Assembly: GCF_006345805.1 (NCBI RefSeq)
Contig: NC_043000.1
Location: 85,002,001-85,066,000 of the forward strand
Direction: 5' to 3'
Length of the DNA stretch: 64,000 nt
Origin: Octopus sinensis
Taxonomy: Eukaryota
Shown here: positions 37,940-50,837 of the stretch, piece by piece
Position numbering within the stretch: the stretch's first letter is position 1
How the letters are laid out: each line of letters begins with the position of its first letter
The notes under the pieces: model-generated
What the model saw: the letters and a program-made list of their open reading frames with translations, nothing else
Told to the model about the DNA's origin: nothing
Databases searched by the model: none
Position numbers and translations under genes: made by a program

Positions 37940-38870
37940 TGCCTAGCGTCGTGTGTACACATACATTGACTCAGCCATACACATAACGCAAACAGATATA
38001 CAACACGACACACACACACATGATATATACACATAGGCAGACGTACGATATATACATACACACATGCACATGCATAATACAAACCGATATACAATACAAA
38101 CATGCAGACACATACATACAGACGCAGACACACACACAGACATATTCAATATACGCAGATATACAGCACAAACACACACGTACATATACATATGCAGACA
38201 TATAATAGACACATACACACTCACAAGCGTAATACATGCAAACATACAACACAAACGTACAGATACATACACACACATGCGTATACACGCAGATACACAA
38301 CACAAACGCACACATATACGTACGCAGATATACAATACACACCCACACATGCATAATAAAAGCATACATACAATACAAGCATACAAATGCATACACAAAC
38401 ATATACATAATGCACAGATGAATGACACAAGCGTATAGGTATATATACTCATACACATATACATATGCATAATATAAGCATACATACAACACATAACATA
38501 CAAGTGCATTCAGAGAAACATACATATACATACACACTAGCAAACACACGCATAATACATACTGACGTACAACACAAACGTATAGATACATACACACATA
38601 CACATAATACATGCGGACATGCATTACTAACACACACACGTACATGTACTTACGTAGACACGTAGACACACGTAGACACTACGAATAATACATAGACATA
38701 CACCACAAGCATACACGTACATATATATACGCAGACATGCAATACACACACATATGCCTATACACATAATACAAGCACACGCGTATGTACATACATAGAC
38801 ATACAATACAATGCATAATACAAGGATAAAGTATTTAGATATATAACACAAAAACACACGTATTTATGAA
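37940..38870. repeat. Cryptic (CA/TA)-rich low-complexity field
   Basis: Degenerate purine-pyrimidine alternation. Source of many spurious C/V/Y/M and H/T/I ORFs. Confidence 0.9.
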
Positions 38871-38884
38871 AACGCGTAGGAGTG

Positions 38885-39245
38885 GGTGTGTTCAGTCCCA
38901 CTGCGTGGCACCTTGGGCAAGTATCTTCTACTATAGCCACGGGCCGACCAAAGTCTTGTGAGTGGATTTAGTAGACGGAAACTGAAAGAAGCCCGTCGTA
39001 TATATGTATATATATATATGTGTATGTATGTGTGTGTATGTGTTTGTGTGTCTGTGTTTGTTCCCCCAACATCGCTTGACAACTGATACCGGTGTGTTTA
39101 CGTCCCCGTAACCTAGCGGTTCGGCAAAAAAGACCAATAGAATAAGTACTAAGCTTACAAAGAGTAAGTCCTGGGGTCGATTTGCTCGACTAAAGGCGGT
39201 GCTCCAGCATGGCCACAGTCAAATGACGGAAACAAGTAAAAGAGA
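38885..39245 (+). mobile_element. SINE family A (5'-truncated)
   Basis: TTCAGTCCCACTGCGTGGCACCTTGGGC through GAAACAAGTAAA. Confidence 0.85.
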
Positions 39246-39878
39246 GAATACGCACATACACACATATGCATAATACAACCGTAATACACTAAGACATACA
39301 AAGGAAACGTACAGATATATGCACACATATATACATAATACACATAGACATGCAACACAAACATACTGCTACATAAACGCAAACATCCGTATAAGCCAAG
39401 CAAATCTACGACTCAAGCAAAAATACAGCAAGAGAAGCGACGGTGATGAGAGCTGATAAATAAAATACGAGATTTCCAGGTTTTTTGTATTTTTTTCTCT
39501 CAGCATTTGATTTCAGTGAAGAAATGAAATGGCCGAATGATATATAACTACATAACCAACAGGTGGTGCGTCTTGACTTACAAGTCCAGCTTGTTGGTTT
39601 TATTGTTTTTTCTTCTTTTTTTTTTTTGTCTATGGCGCGGGGATAATTAACCCATTCACGTGAGGAACATTCAGACGATTCGCTATTTCTTCATTTAACG
39701 TTGTGATTGGAAACGGTTACCTGCATTTCACGAGGGAAGGTGTAGAGGATCGAATATAAGCCAGATTACATATTAATACAAATTTCTAAACCTCTGGCGT
39801 GATTTTAACACACAAATCCCAGAGACAAACAACTAATCATGTCTCTTTTCAATGGATATATTATATACACACACACAG

Positions 39879-39966
<88 letters not shown>

Positions 39967-39990
39967 TGAAGATGCATGACACACTGTGAA

Positions 39991-40318
39991 GGCGCATGGC
40001 TCAGTGGTTAGAGCGTCGAGCACACAATCATGAAGTAGTAAGTTCGATTCCTGGACCGGGCTTTGTGCTGTGTTCTTGTGCAAGAGACTTTATTTCATGT
40101 TGCTCCAGTGAACTCAGCTGTAGAAATGAGCTGCGACGTCATTGGTTCCAAGCGGTGTCGGCCTTTACCTTTCTCTTGGATAACATCGATGGCGTGGAGA
40201 GGGGAGACTGGTATGAATGGGTGGCTGCAGGTCTTCCATAAACAACCTTGCCTGTTTGTATCTAGGAGGGTACCTTCCTAGGTGCATTCTCATAGTCTTC
40301 ATGACCGAAGGAGCCTTT
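39991..40318 (+). mobile_element. tRNA-derived SINE family C
   Basis: GGCGCATGGCTCAGTGG (A box), AGTTCGATTCC (B box), tail ...TTCATGACCGAAGGAGCCTTTAT-(TA)n. Confidence 0.8.
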
Positions 40319-40352
40319 ATATATATATATATATAATATATATATATATATA

Positions 40353-40397
<45 letters not shown>

Positions 40398-40451
40398 ATA
40401 TATATATATATATATATACTGTATATATATATATACATACATGCATATATT

Positions 40452-40497
<46 letters not shown>

Positions 40498-40528
40498 CAT
40501 CATTTTTATTATTATTATTATTATTATT

Positions 40529-41022
40529 GAGTGAGTGAGAGAGTAATGTACTGAGGTACAAATATACGAAGCTCAATATACCCATCTGATAAGAGTACAT
40601 GCATCACAACCATATGTACACACACGGTGATCTTATATCAAGATAAACGGCGTATGTCCTTCCATGTGGGGCCCAGTTAGAATTTTTTCAGAACCAGTGG
40701 CCTATCCTGCTCAAAAGGCCCCTGAATAAGGTTTGATGAAAGAAACACCAATGTTTCCAGAGGTGAATTATTCAAACCCCATAGAATTCCTCTCAACACA
40801 TGGCTATGATGTTCCCCAACCTTTCCTGCTGGTGTCAGAAATGCACATATCGTCAACCACTTAGAGATATGTTCACCTGCTTAAGGTCAAGCAAATCTGT
40901 GGTATTGGGCAGAATATTTGATGTAACCGATATTTTACACCAAGACAAAATATGTACATGATAACACTTCCAATCAGTTAAGATCAGAAGCCATAAGAGT
41001 CACTGTCTGGCCCTGTTTCATC
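40529..41022 (-). mobile_element. ~555-bp (AAT)n-embedded element, copy 4 (more diverged, with deletions)
   Basis: Reverse complement matches copies 1-3. Flanked by (ATT)n/(ATC)n. Confidence 0.8.
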
Positions 41023-41055
41023 ATCAACATCCTCATAACCATATTATTATTATTA

Positions 41056-41113
<58 letters not shown>

Positions 41114-41114
41114 C

Positions 41115-41703
41115 ATTCCGTAGTTTTATTTTTATAGCGTGCTTTCACTTCACTAACGAGCGCAGCTCTGTGTGCCTTGGGTATGTGCTGTGATTTGTTG
41201 TGATGCTCTGATGGTTATTGTATGGAAAGTGTTCTGCGTAGGATGTATGCAGTGTCTAGTAGTGCAATTTTCTGTATGTTATATGTGTTTGTAAGTCCTG
41301 GTGTTTTTGTTATGTATTTGTCTGAATATTTTTTAATCATGCCTAATGCACCTACTATGATAGGAATTGTTTCTGTTTTTAGATTCCACATTCTGGTTAC
41401 CTCTATTTCCAGGTCTTTGTATTTTGAAAGTTTCTCCATTTCTTTTAGAGACACGTTGTCATCTGCCGGTATTGATACATCAATTAGAAAGCATTTTTTT
41501 TCTCATGATCTCTGACAACTATATCTAGTCTGTTGGGCTTAATTTCTCTATCTGTGTGTATCGGCATATCCCAGAGTATGGTTGCTTTCTCGTTTTCTGT
41601 GACCTTTTCTGGTGTGTGCCTATACCATCTTTTTTCTGTTGTTATTCCATAACGTTGGCATAGCTTCCAGTGTATGTAGGTTCAAACTCTGTCATGTCTG
41701 TGA
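41115..41703 (-). mobile_element. R4/Dong-type LINE 3' fragment (RLE domain plus 3' UTR)
   Basis: IHWKLCQRYG...WYRHTPEKVTENEKATILWDMPIHTDREIKPNRLDIVV...LIDVSIP...EKLSKYKDLEIEVTRMW...LRRTLSIQ*. Confidence 0.92.
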
Positions 41704-41731
41704 ATATATTCCTTCTTAGGAATATATTCTA

Positions 41732-41788
<57 letters not shown>

Positions 41789-41804
41789 CATCATCATTAT
41801 TATT

Positions 41805-42235
41805 ATTGTATTAAATCTCCCAGCTTATATTGCTGAATATGATGAAAAATGTCAGTTGTTCACAGCAAGCAGACAAAGGTGACACTTTTTTTGCTGGTCA
41901 TGCTTCAAGAACCCTGCCGTAGAATTCTTGTTGTTCCAGGCAATGCTAATTTTTGTAGGTGTTCTACCTTCACACTTGCACCGATCTTTTTCAGCCATAT
42001 TAGTAGTTGAGTGCACCAATTACTATTGGAATCATGTCTATTCTCTTCATTGACTACAACCTTCGTATTTCCTACTTCAAATTATCATAATTGTTTATTT
42101 TTTCTTCTTTCACATTGATCCTGTTGTTACCGGGGCATGTTATGACGATTATCATACATGTCTTTGTTTGTTTTTTTTTGTTTTGTTTTTTATTCACCAC
42201 AACAATGTCCGGTTTCCAATGTCTGGTCATTGTTA
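41805..42235 (-). mobile_element. R4/Dong-type LINE 3' fragment (same subfamily as 54345-55135)
   Basis: KPDIVVVNKK...MIPIVIGAL...WLKKIGASVKVEHLQKLALPGTTRIL. Confidence 0.85.
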
Positions 42236-42244
42236 TTATTATTA

Positions 42245-42420
42245 TATATACACTCAGCAGGTTAGACTGTTGGAAAAGAAATGATTCCTAACATTGGGCT
42301 ACAACAAATTGCCTTAGATGCTAAGAATCCTCCTACAGTAAGTAACCTTAGATGCCAAGAATCCTTCTAAGTATCCTAACTGTCCCTAATAGCACTATTT
42401 TCTGCAGCTGTACTAAACTG
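42245..42420 (-). mobile_element. Short R4/Dong-type 3' terminus
   Basis: LVQLQKIVLLGTVRILRRILGI* plus a short UTR. Confidence 0.75.
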
Positions 42421-42421
42421 T

Positions 42422-42467
<46 letters not shown>

Positions 42468-42510
42468 CATCATCATCATCATCGTCATCATCATCATCAT
42501 CATCATCATC

Positions 42511-42584
<74 letters not shown>

Positions 42585-42592
<8 letters not shown>

Positions 42593-42855
42593 TTTGGTTT
42601 GGCTCGGGTTTGGTCTTATTCCTGGTGGGATAGTGAGTTACTACTTGTAACCTTAAGTATCCACAAGTTTTCAACAGTCTTTCAAGCGCTTTGAACCCTC
42701 CTGATAATCTTTGCTGCCCTTAAGAAGCAAACTTTGTGTTGGAGCTCAACCGGGCATTCTATTTCAATCTCCTTCAACCATTTGTCTATAACTTGGCTTA
42801 CTGTTCCCAACGCACCGATTATCATAGGCACAACCTTCACCGTTCGCATACTCCA
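42585..42855 (-). mobile_element. R4/Dong-type 3' terminus
   Basis: VKVVPMIIGALGTV...WLKEIEIECPVELQHKVCFLRAAKIIRRV plus a UTR ending in (AAT)n. Confidence 0.8.
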
Positions 42856-42928
42856 AATTCTTGCTATTCATGCTCCAAATTCTTCCTGTTGTTGTTGTTG
42901 ATATTATTATTATTATTATTATTATTAT

Positions 42929-42998
<70 letters not shown>

Positions 42999-44219
42999 TT
43001 GTTTATGTCTCCGTATCTTAAGGGTTCGGTAAGAGAGACCGATCGAATAAGTACCAGGTCTTTAAAAAATAAATCTTGAGGTCAATACATTCGACTAAAA
43101 TTTCTTCAAGGTGGTCCCCCGTATGTTCACATTTTAATGACAGAAACAACTAAACGATAAAAGATATATGCATCATATCTATATCTGTTTGTTCTACAAT
43201 ACGTAATAATCTTTCTTACTATAGAGACAAAGGCCAGAAATTTTAGGGCAAAGGGGTAGGCTAGTCGATTACATCAACCCCAGTATTTAGCTGGTACTAT
43301 TTGTATCCAATAGTTGGGTATCTCAACTGTTTTCTTTCAGGATAGCGTTCGCCTGACGATGATTCGCGTCAACTGACAGCAGCCACTGCCTCAGTCTGAT
43401 TCCAGTAAGACCTCTACATTCAATCTTCTATAGCACTTCAACCAGCTGACAATTATATAAAAGCGAAAATAATAAAACTGATTTTGGTTTCAACGAAAAG
43501 AAGGAAAAACAGATAATGTGAAAATGGAAAGAGATGGCATTAAACAATAATCGTTAATCTATAATTGAACGCAACCGTTGATGAACGATTAAAGCACATT
43601 TAAATAAATGTGAATAAATGTGAATTTAAAAGAAATTTCGTTAAAAGAATCCCAAAAAACAAAACAGTTTCTAACATATAAGAACGGCAAGCATTAAACT
43701 TAGATTCCTTCAGATAAAGATATTTGATGGTAAAATGAATTGAAAATAGATACATACGCGCACATGCACATACACATGCGCACACACATATACGTATATC
43801 CACATACACGCTCATTTCTATATAGATATATACACGTAAACGTGTGTGTGCGTTTATGTATGAATATATATATGTATATTATGCGCAAGCACAACCACCT
43901 ATCCACGCACACACACATTCATGCACACACACACACACACACACACATATGTATGTAGAGAAAATTATGAGTGAGTTCACATTGCTTTGGTACATGTAAG
44001 CATAAGAAAATGTATTCGATGCGAGGCGTAGAGTGCTACAAAATTTCCATTAAATTTTGTTTATATCTGTGTGTGCTTTTGCGCTAGGGTGTGTCTGTGT
44101 GCGCGCGCGCGTACGCGTCTGTGTGAGTCTGTGTGTGCGTATGTCCTTTTGAAGCAAAGCACACATATATAACCACATATCCTTGCATTTATATATACAT
44201 ATATATATAAGATGGGAAA

Positions 44220-44817
44220 ATAACTATAACCTTAAAACTTACAGAAATCCACCGTCTAAACCCAGCTCTTGCGAATTTTGAAAATGATCTTTTGAACATG
44301 ATTAAATGGCTGAAGTTTTCCAGATACACAAATCCTTTCCAGAAACTCCTCTCTGAGAAATCTCTACAATGAAATTAACTCCAGATTTGCTCATCTTATC
44401 GGATAAGACCGGGAATATTTATTCTGTACCGCCAAGTCTTTATAATGACTTGATACTGAAAGAGCTTAATTCTGGATATAAACACGAAAGCAAAAATGCT
44501 TCGGAAGAGATTAATGATACTCATCTAGATATCATCTCTAGTTTGGGCCTACTTGATAGAACCCAACCTTATGCTCCAAAAACTCCCCATTGTCATTTGA
44601 AGGATCATAATTCTGATGTTTTATCAAATCCTTCGATTAGATTAATCTTCCCGACCAAAATTGATTTGGGCAGAATTAGTAAATATATTAAAGATTAGAT
44701 TATTCCCATCCTGAAAGATAAGGTTCAGCTTCTCCTATGGAACTTTACTGGGGACGTTATCTTATGGTTCGACTCCCTTACTTATAAGCCTAATTTAGAC
44801 TTTATCCAATTTGATAG
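44220..44817 (+). mobile_element. Penelope-like element, N-terminal RT region fragment
   Basis: LANFENDLLNMI...SDKTGNIY...HLKDHNSDVLSNPSIRLIFPTKIDLGRISKYI...FIQFD, resembling the PLE motifs LKDHK/CRLINP/FIQFD. Confidence 0.8.
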
Positions 44818-45135
44818 CTCAGGAAATGGAACAATCTTCCACTGGTAGCTTTGGTTCGTAATGCTTTGAATGTCGCACACTTTCCCACATCAAACTCTTT
44901 TTGTCGACTTGAATGGTTTGATAGAAAACTCAACAGCATTGGCATTAAGCTTGCTTGATGTTGCTAGTGTTGTTTCCTGTTTTCGCTTTTTTTTTTCCCC
45001 ATTTTTTTCTGTCTCATTTTTGTTTACTAGAATCTCTGCATTGTGTGTTGTCGGTCCTTTGTTTCTTGCTGTTTGTTCCTTTGTATAGCTTGAAGCATCA
45101 ACAATGAGGCATGGCTGATAATCTTGTTATCTATT

Positions 45136-45191
<56 letters not shown>

Positions 45192-45587
45192 TACCCCCTC
45201 TCTCTCTCTCTCTCTCACTCTTCTAACGTTCAGGGCTTAGGAAGACTTTCTGGCAATCTCGTTCCACTTTTTAAATCCTTATTCAGTAAGGTTTGATTAA
45301 GTGTTGTTACACCCTATTCTGAATGTACACAGTTGCTGAGGGGCGCTATTACATAATACCGGTGTGACATAATACCAGAGTAACACACTAGCTGAGTGAC
45401 ATCATGGTCTAGTGAAACAGTTAGTTAACAAGAATACCGGTGAAAATGTCACGATAAAAATTATATTTTTAAAATATTAATAAAAAATGAGAAGCTAAAC
45501 GTTTCAATGAAAAAGGTTTCTGTGATAGTTTTTAAGATGACATAATGGAATAGTGACATTTAACGAAATTAATATTTAAAAGAGATA

Positions 45588-45985
45588 AGGCGGCGACCTG
45601 GCAGAATCTGAGTTCAAATTCCATCGAGGTCAACTTTGCCTTTCATATTTTCGAGGTCGATAAATTAAGTACCAGTTGCGTACTGTGGTCGATCTAATCG
45701 ACTGCTCCCCCACTCCCCAAAAATTTCGGGCTTGTGTCTAGAGTAGAAAAGAATATTTAAAAGAGATAAGGCGGCGACCTAGCAGAATCGTTAACACACC
45801 GGACAAAATGCTTAGCGGCATTGCGTCCGTCGCTATGTTCTGAGTTCAAATTTAACCGAGGTCGACTTTGCTTTTCATCCTTTCGGAGTCGATAAAATAA
45901 GTAGCAGCTAATCACTGGGGTCGATCTAATCGAACAATCCCTCTCCCGAAATTGCTGGCCTTTTGCCAAAATTTGAGAGCAATAT
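45588..45985 (+). mobile_element. Two tandem SINE family B (B1) copies
   Basis: Both begin AAGGCGGCGACCT. The first is internally deleted. Confidence 0.85.
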
Positions 45986-46899
45986 TTAAAATAAACGAGA
46001 TGTTTATCATCCTTAAGGAATATTTGCTTCAAAGTTAGTGGTAGCTATCCGACTGCGAAAGCAAGTTGGGCACCAGTAATGATGCATCAATGAACTGAGT
46101 TCAGAAAGTAAAAGACTTGATACTTTATTAGTGTTTGACAACACTTTGGTAATAGATTCTAACACACCGAACCAAATAATTACATGAAAACATTCAGAAG
46201 CTGACTCAGAACATACGTGGTTTTCGTTAGAGAGGGTGGGAGTGTTCGTATGACATTTTTTCAGTAAATCGAGAATAGACAGATATTCATTTAGAAGATA
46301 GATGGTGTGATTTGAGAAAGATTACCCGTTCATTGGCTTATCTGTAGTATGTAATATGGTGTAGTAGTAAGGTACAGTGTAATGTTGTTGTTTTTTTCAA
46401 TTAAGGGCGGGTCAAGTATCAGCGTTCATTGAATAGGTATATTTCCTGGCATAAAATTCCAGTTAACTGCAATAGTTCCATATTTAACTTTTCGGAAGTA
46501 ATTTCTTGTCTTTGCAGGTTTTCTGTGTTTAGTCGTTCTGTTTGATACACTGTGACAGTATGGACATTATATTATTTGCTGTTTGTCATTGTGGTTTAGT
46601 ATGCGTGACATAGGAGAAATATTTACTGTATGTAATGCATATGTAATTGTCTACAATACTGCAAATTTGAAAGAAAATAAGGTACTTTTAACAAGCGGAT
46701 CTCTTTTTATTTATACATTGCCGAAGACTGTGTCCCTGTTTCTTGACAAGTATATTCTGAAAGTTCCCACAAAGTTTTTCTCTAATTGCAGTTTGTATTT
46801 TGTTTTGTTTTCTCCCTAGAAGCATATGAACACGTTGTGAATGTATACGCTTGAAGACATTTTTAGAAAGCAAGAAACAGAGAGTAATAAAGTAAGTAC

Positions 46900-47132
46900 T
46901 GTCTCGTGTCCTAGGACTCATAAGGGATAACAGGTTTCCACGGAGTTTAAGTAACCGAAATGACAACTTACTCCCTGAACGGGACGCCGGTCTGTCACAG
47001 GATTACTCATTAACAGCTGAGTGGAGTGCAGCAACGTGAAATAAAATGCTTTGCTTAAGAACACAACGCACTGCCTCATCTGGAAATCGAAACCACGAAT
47101 TTGAAAGAAAAATCCTAACTACTAGGCCACTC
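46900..47132 (-). mobile_element. SINE family E copy
   Basis: CAGCTGAGTGGAGTGCAGCAACGTGAAATAAA...GAAATCGAAACCACG. Confidence 0.6.
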
Positions 47133-47699
47133 ACCTTAACAAAAGGCAGAGTAGAAGAACTAAAATTAAATTCCAAATAATTAAAAAATATATGAAATAT
47201 TAATAGATATAAATCCATTTCCAAGCAATTAAAAGAATATAAAATAAATACAAATATAACTATTGTTGTGTATATTTGCGGGGTAGAGTGGCGATTTCCT
47301 GAATGTTGACAAGCTCCAAGCCAAATTCTACCATATCTGTTATAGAGCTTCGTTTCTGTTACATCAAATATGCTCCATTTCATAACACTGTAATCTACGG
47401 TCTGCCAATAACAGGTGTCAAAATCTAGAAGGTGGCAACGTGCGATAATTAGTGAGTTGTTAATGAGAACTAATTGGTCGGTCGAATAACGGATTAATTT
47501 GGTGATTAGTTTGGTAAGTGGAAATAAAGTGTTTCGTTTTCAGCTTTTATTCATTAATCAAACACTTTGGTTTAGAGATTGATTGAAGGTCTTGATAGAA
47601 TTCACCAATATGATCAACTAGTCAACTGATGAGGTTTATTGAAAAGCGAAACGACAGACGACTAACGTCTTCGATAATAATAATGATAATAATCCTTTC

Positions 47700-48110
47700 T
47701 ACTCTTTTACTTGTTCTTGTCATTTGACTGTGGCCATGCTGGAGCACCGCCTTGAGTCGAGCAAATCTATCCCAGGACCTATTCTTTGCAAGCCCAGCAC
47801 CTATTCCATCGGTCTCCTTTGCCGAACCGTTAAGTAACGGGGACGTAAACACACCAGCCTCGGTTGTCAAGCGATGTTGGGGAGACAAACACAGACACGC
47901 AAACATATACACAGACACGCAAACATACATACACACACACACACATATATATATGTCGGGCTTCTTTCAGTTTCCGTCTACCAAATCCACTCACAAGGCT
48001 TTGGTCGGCCCGAGGCTATAGTAGAAGACACTTGCCCAAGGTGCCACGCAGTGGGACTGAACCCGGAAACATGTGGTTCGTAAGCAAGTTACTTACCACA
48101 CAGCCACTCC
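47700..48110 (-). mobile_element. SINE family A, near full length
   Basis: Consensus match. Confidence 0.9.
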
Positions 48111-48535
48111 AACAGACACAAGGCCTGAAATTTTGGGGGAGTGGGCAAGACGATTACATCGACTCCACTGTGTAACTGGTACTTATTTCATCGACCCCGA
48201 AAGGATGAAATGTAAAGTCGGTCTTGGCGTCATTTAAACTTTGAACGTACGGAAGAAATGCCGCGAAGCATTTTGTCCGGCATTCTAACGATTCTGCCTG
48301 TTCGCTGCCTTTGCCTTAATAATAATTATAATAATCCTTTCTACTTTAACCACAAGGCCTGAAATATGGCGGGAGGGGTTAAGGTGATTACATCGACCCC
48401 AGTACTCCACTGACACTTAATTTATCGACCCCGAAAGGGTGAAAGGCAAATTCGACCTCGGCGGAACTTGGACTCAGAGCGTAAAGACGGACGAAATGCC
48501 GCTAAGCATTTTGCCCCAGCATGCTAACGATCCTA
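48111..48535 (-). mobile_element. Two SINE family B (B1) copies
   Basis: Two CACAAGGCCTGAAAT...TCGACCCCGAAAGG units. Confidence 0.8.
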
Positions 48536-48621
48536 ATGATAATAATAATAATAATATAATAATAATGATGATGATGATGATAATAATGATGATAATAATA
48601 ATAATAATAATGATAATAATA

Positions 48622-49160
48622 AGGCAGTGGCTCTCATGGCTGCTAATCTTAACTGATTGGAAGTGTTATCATGTACATTGTTTTGTCTTGGTATAAAAGA
48701 TGGGCTACAGCAAATATTCTGCTCAATACCACAGATTTGCTTGTCAGTTGTTTGACCATAACCAGTTGAGCATGTCCCTTAGTGGCTGACGATATGTGCA
48801 TCTCTGATCACGAGTAGAAGTAGTGGGGGAGCATCATAGCCATGTGTTGAGAGGGATTCTTTGGGGTTTGAATGATTCTCCTCTGGAAACATGGGTGTTT
48901 CATTCAACATCCTTAAACAACCCTTAATCAGGGACCTTTTGAGTGGGATGGGTTACCCAACCAGAAGAAAATTCTAACTGGGCTCCACCCGCAAGGTCAT
49001 GCGCTGTTTATCTTTATATGAGATCACCATGTCGCGCACATATGGTTGTAATGCATGTGCCTGGTGTACCCTTATCAGACGGGTAGTCATGATGGGTATA
49101 CTGGGCTTCGTATATTTGTACCCCGGTGTCACTTTGATGGCATGCACTGCTCTCACACTC
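48622..49160 (+). mobile_element. ~555-bp (AAT)n-embedded element, copy 5 (about 15 nt 5'-truncated)
   Basis: AGGCAGTGGCTCTCATGGC...CTCTCACACTC-(AAT)n. Confidence 0.88.
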
Positions 49161-49569
49161 AATAATAATAATAATAATAATAATAATATAATAAACAGGA
49201 CGAAGAGCGCGATGCGATTGCAATAGATATTTTATTGGTTGAACGATATTTTGACAGCAAGCCTGTCTTTATCGAGTTCAAAATAAGTGATAAAAATTCA
49301 AAATTATATAAATTTAAAGTATGAACGAGAGCAACCAGCATCCATACGTTGATGGAATGACATCATCAGCCTTTATGTTTCAATTTTATAGCAGGCGAAA
49401 AGAAAAAGACAGGAAAAAGAGGAAAGAAAGGGAAAAAGAAGAATATTAATCTAACAATTTTGTATAAATTTGATGATATTCTCCCGACATTTTATTCAGA
49501 CATAAAGTGGGGGGGCGGGATTACATATAATGAAATTATAAAAATTTCGAAAAAGTAGAAAGAATAAGA

Positions 49570-50830
49570 ACTAGCTCAAGGGCTATTTCAGTTTGTACGC
49601 CGTCAGAAGCCGAAGGAATATTGTTTTGACAAAAACTGGTAACGAGGAGTCTGAAAACCATATGTTTACTGAAAATAAAAATGATGATGATCGAATCTGG
49701 CATAATTGGATTGAAAAGAATCCCAACTGGTATGCAGATTAAGTTCGGGATGGACGTTCAGCAGCACTACTGGAATTTCTTGAATCTTGTCAGACAGGCA
49801 TTAGAGAAAGACTTAAAACAAGTGGAAAGAAGTCCTGGAATAACCTCACAAATTCCCAGCATTATGCTCTCTGACGTCTAAGTAATAACGATTCTATTGT
49901 TATTAAAATGGCGGATAAGGGAGTGTTATCGTAATTATGGACAAAAGTGGATATATTTCGGCTTGTGAAAAAGTTTTAAGTGACAAAACTTCATATGAAG
50001 AATTACCTGTCCATACAAACCCCAATTACAGAGAGGAACTTGACACAATAATTCTGGGAATGGAGGAAAACGATTTCATTAATAAGGTCGAATCCAGGAT
50101 TTTACGGTCAGAATGAAGAACACCTGTATTTTATGGTCTCCTTAAAATACACAAAAAGTTCGAAAGATTTCCTCCAATGCGCCCAATTTGCAGCGAATAT
50201 GAATGTTACACAGCCAAGATTTCGGAATGTCTGGATGGCTTTCTACTCTCTGTCGCAAAAAGATCAAGTTCCTATATTTGGGATACCTTTGATTTTGAGT
50301 CTAAAATCAACAACTTTTTTAAGCACCGAGGCCGTTTCGAGAATTGTATTTTGGTAACCATGGATGTTTCTTCCTTACATCCAAACACTAACTACGATGA
50401 AGGGGTAGAAGCATGCATGGATGCCTTCGAAAAGCGGCCAAGCAAAAGCATTCCATCTAATTTTCTCCGTAGGTTATTGAGGTTTGTATTATAAAGTAAC
50501 ACAATGAAGTTTGGACAAAGATTTTACCTATTTCTTTATTACCCACAAGGGGCTAAACATAGAGGGGACAAACATAGGTATTAAGTCGATTACATCGACC
50601 CCAGTGCGTAACTGGTACTTAATTTATCGACCCCGAAAGGATGAAAGGCAAAGTCGACCTGGGCGGATTTTGAACTCATGGATACCCCCATGGCAGTTAA
50701 TTTTGCTAATGTCTTCATGACGAAATTCGAGACACGTTAAGAAAGACATTCAAATTCCTCCATGGTCATGAACCAATACTCTAGTTACGGTTCACTGATG
50801 ACGTCTTTTTAGTCTGGGAAGGACCCCAGG
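49570..50830 (+). mobile_element. Penelope-like element RT domain, degraded, with a SINE B2 insert at ~50528-50676
   Basis: NLTNSQHYAL...IVIKMADKG; PVFYGLLKIHK...PPMRPICS; LVTMDVSSLHPN; MDTPMAVNFANVFM; RFTDDVFLVWEG. Confidence 0.9.
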
Positions 50831-50837
50831 ATGGTTT

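Noticed and set aside
39991-40065. tRNA-like sequences with A and B boxes (also at 791, 1292 and 10674)
   Set aside because: They are SINE heads with no intact cloverleaf or acceptor stem, and they run directly into SINE bodies.
43340-43420. CTGACGA followed by a TGA/TCA stem
   Set aside because: No GAAA box after the putative stem II.
44820-45100. KWNNLP motif suggesting a CR1/L2-like 3' end
   Set aside because: A single short motif is insufficient support.
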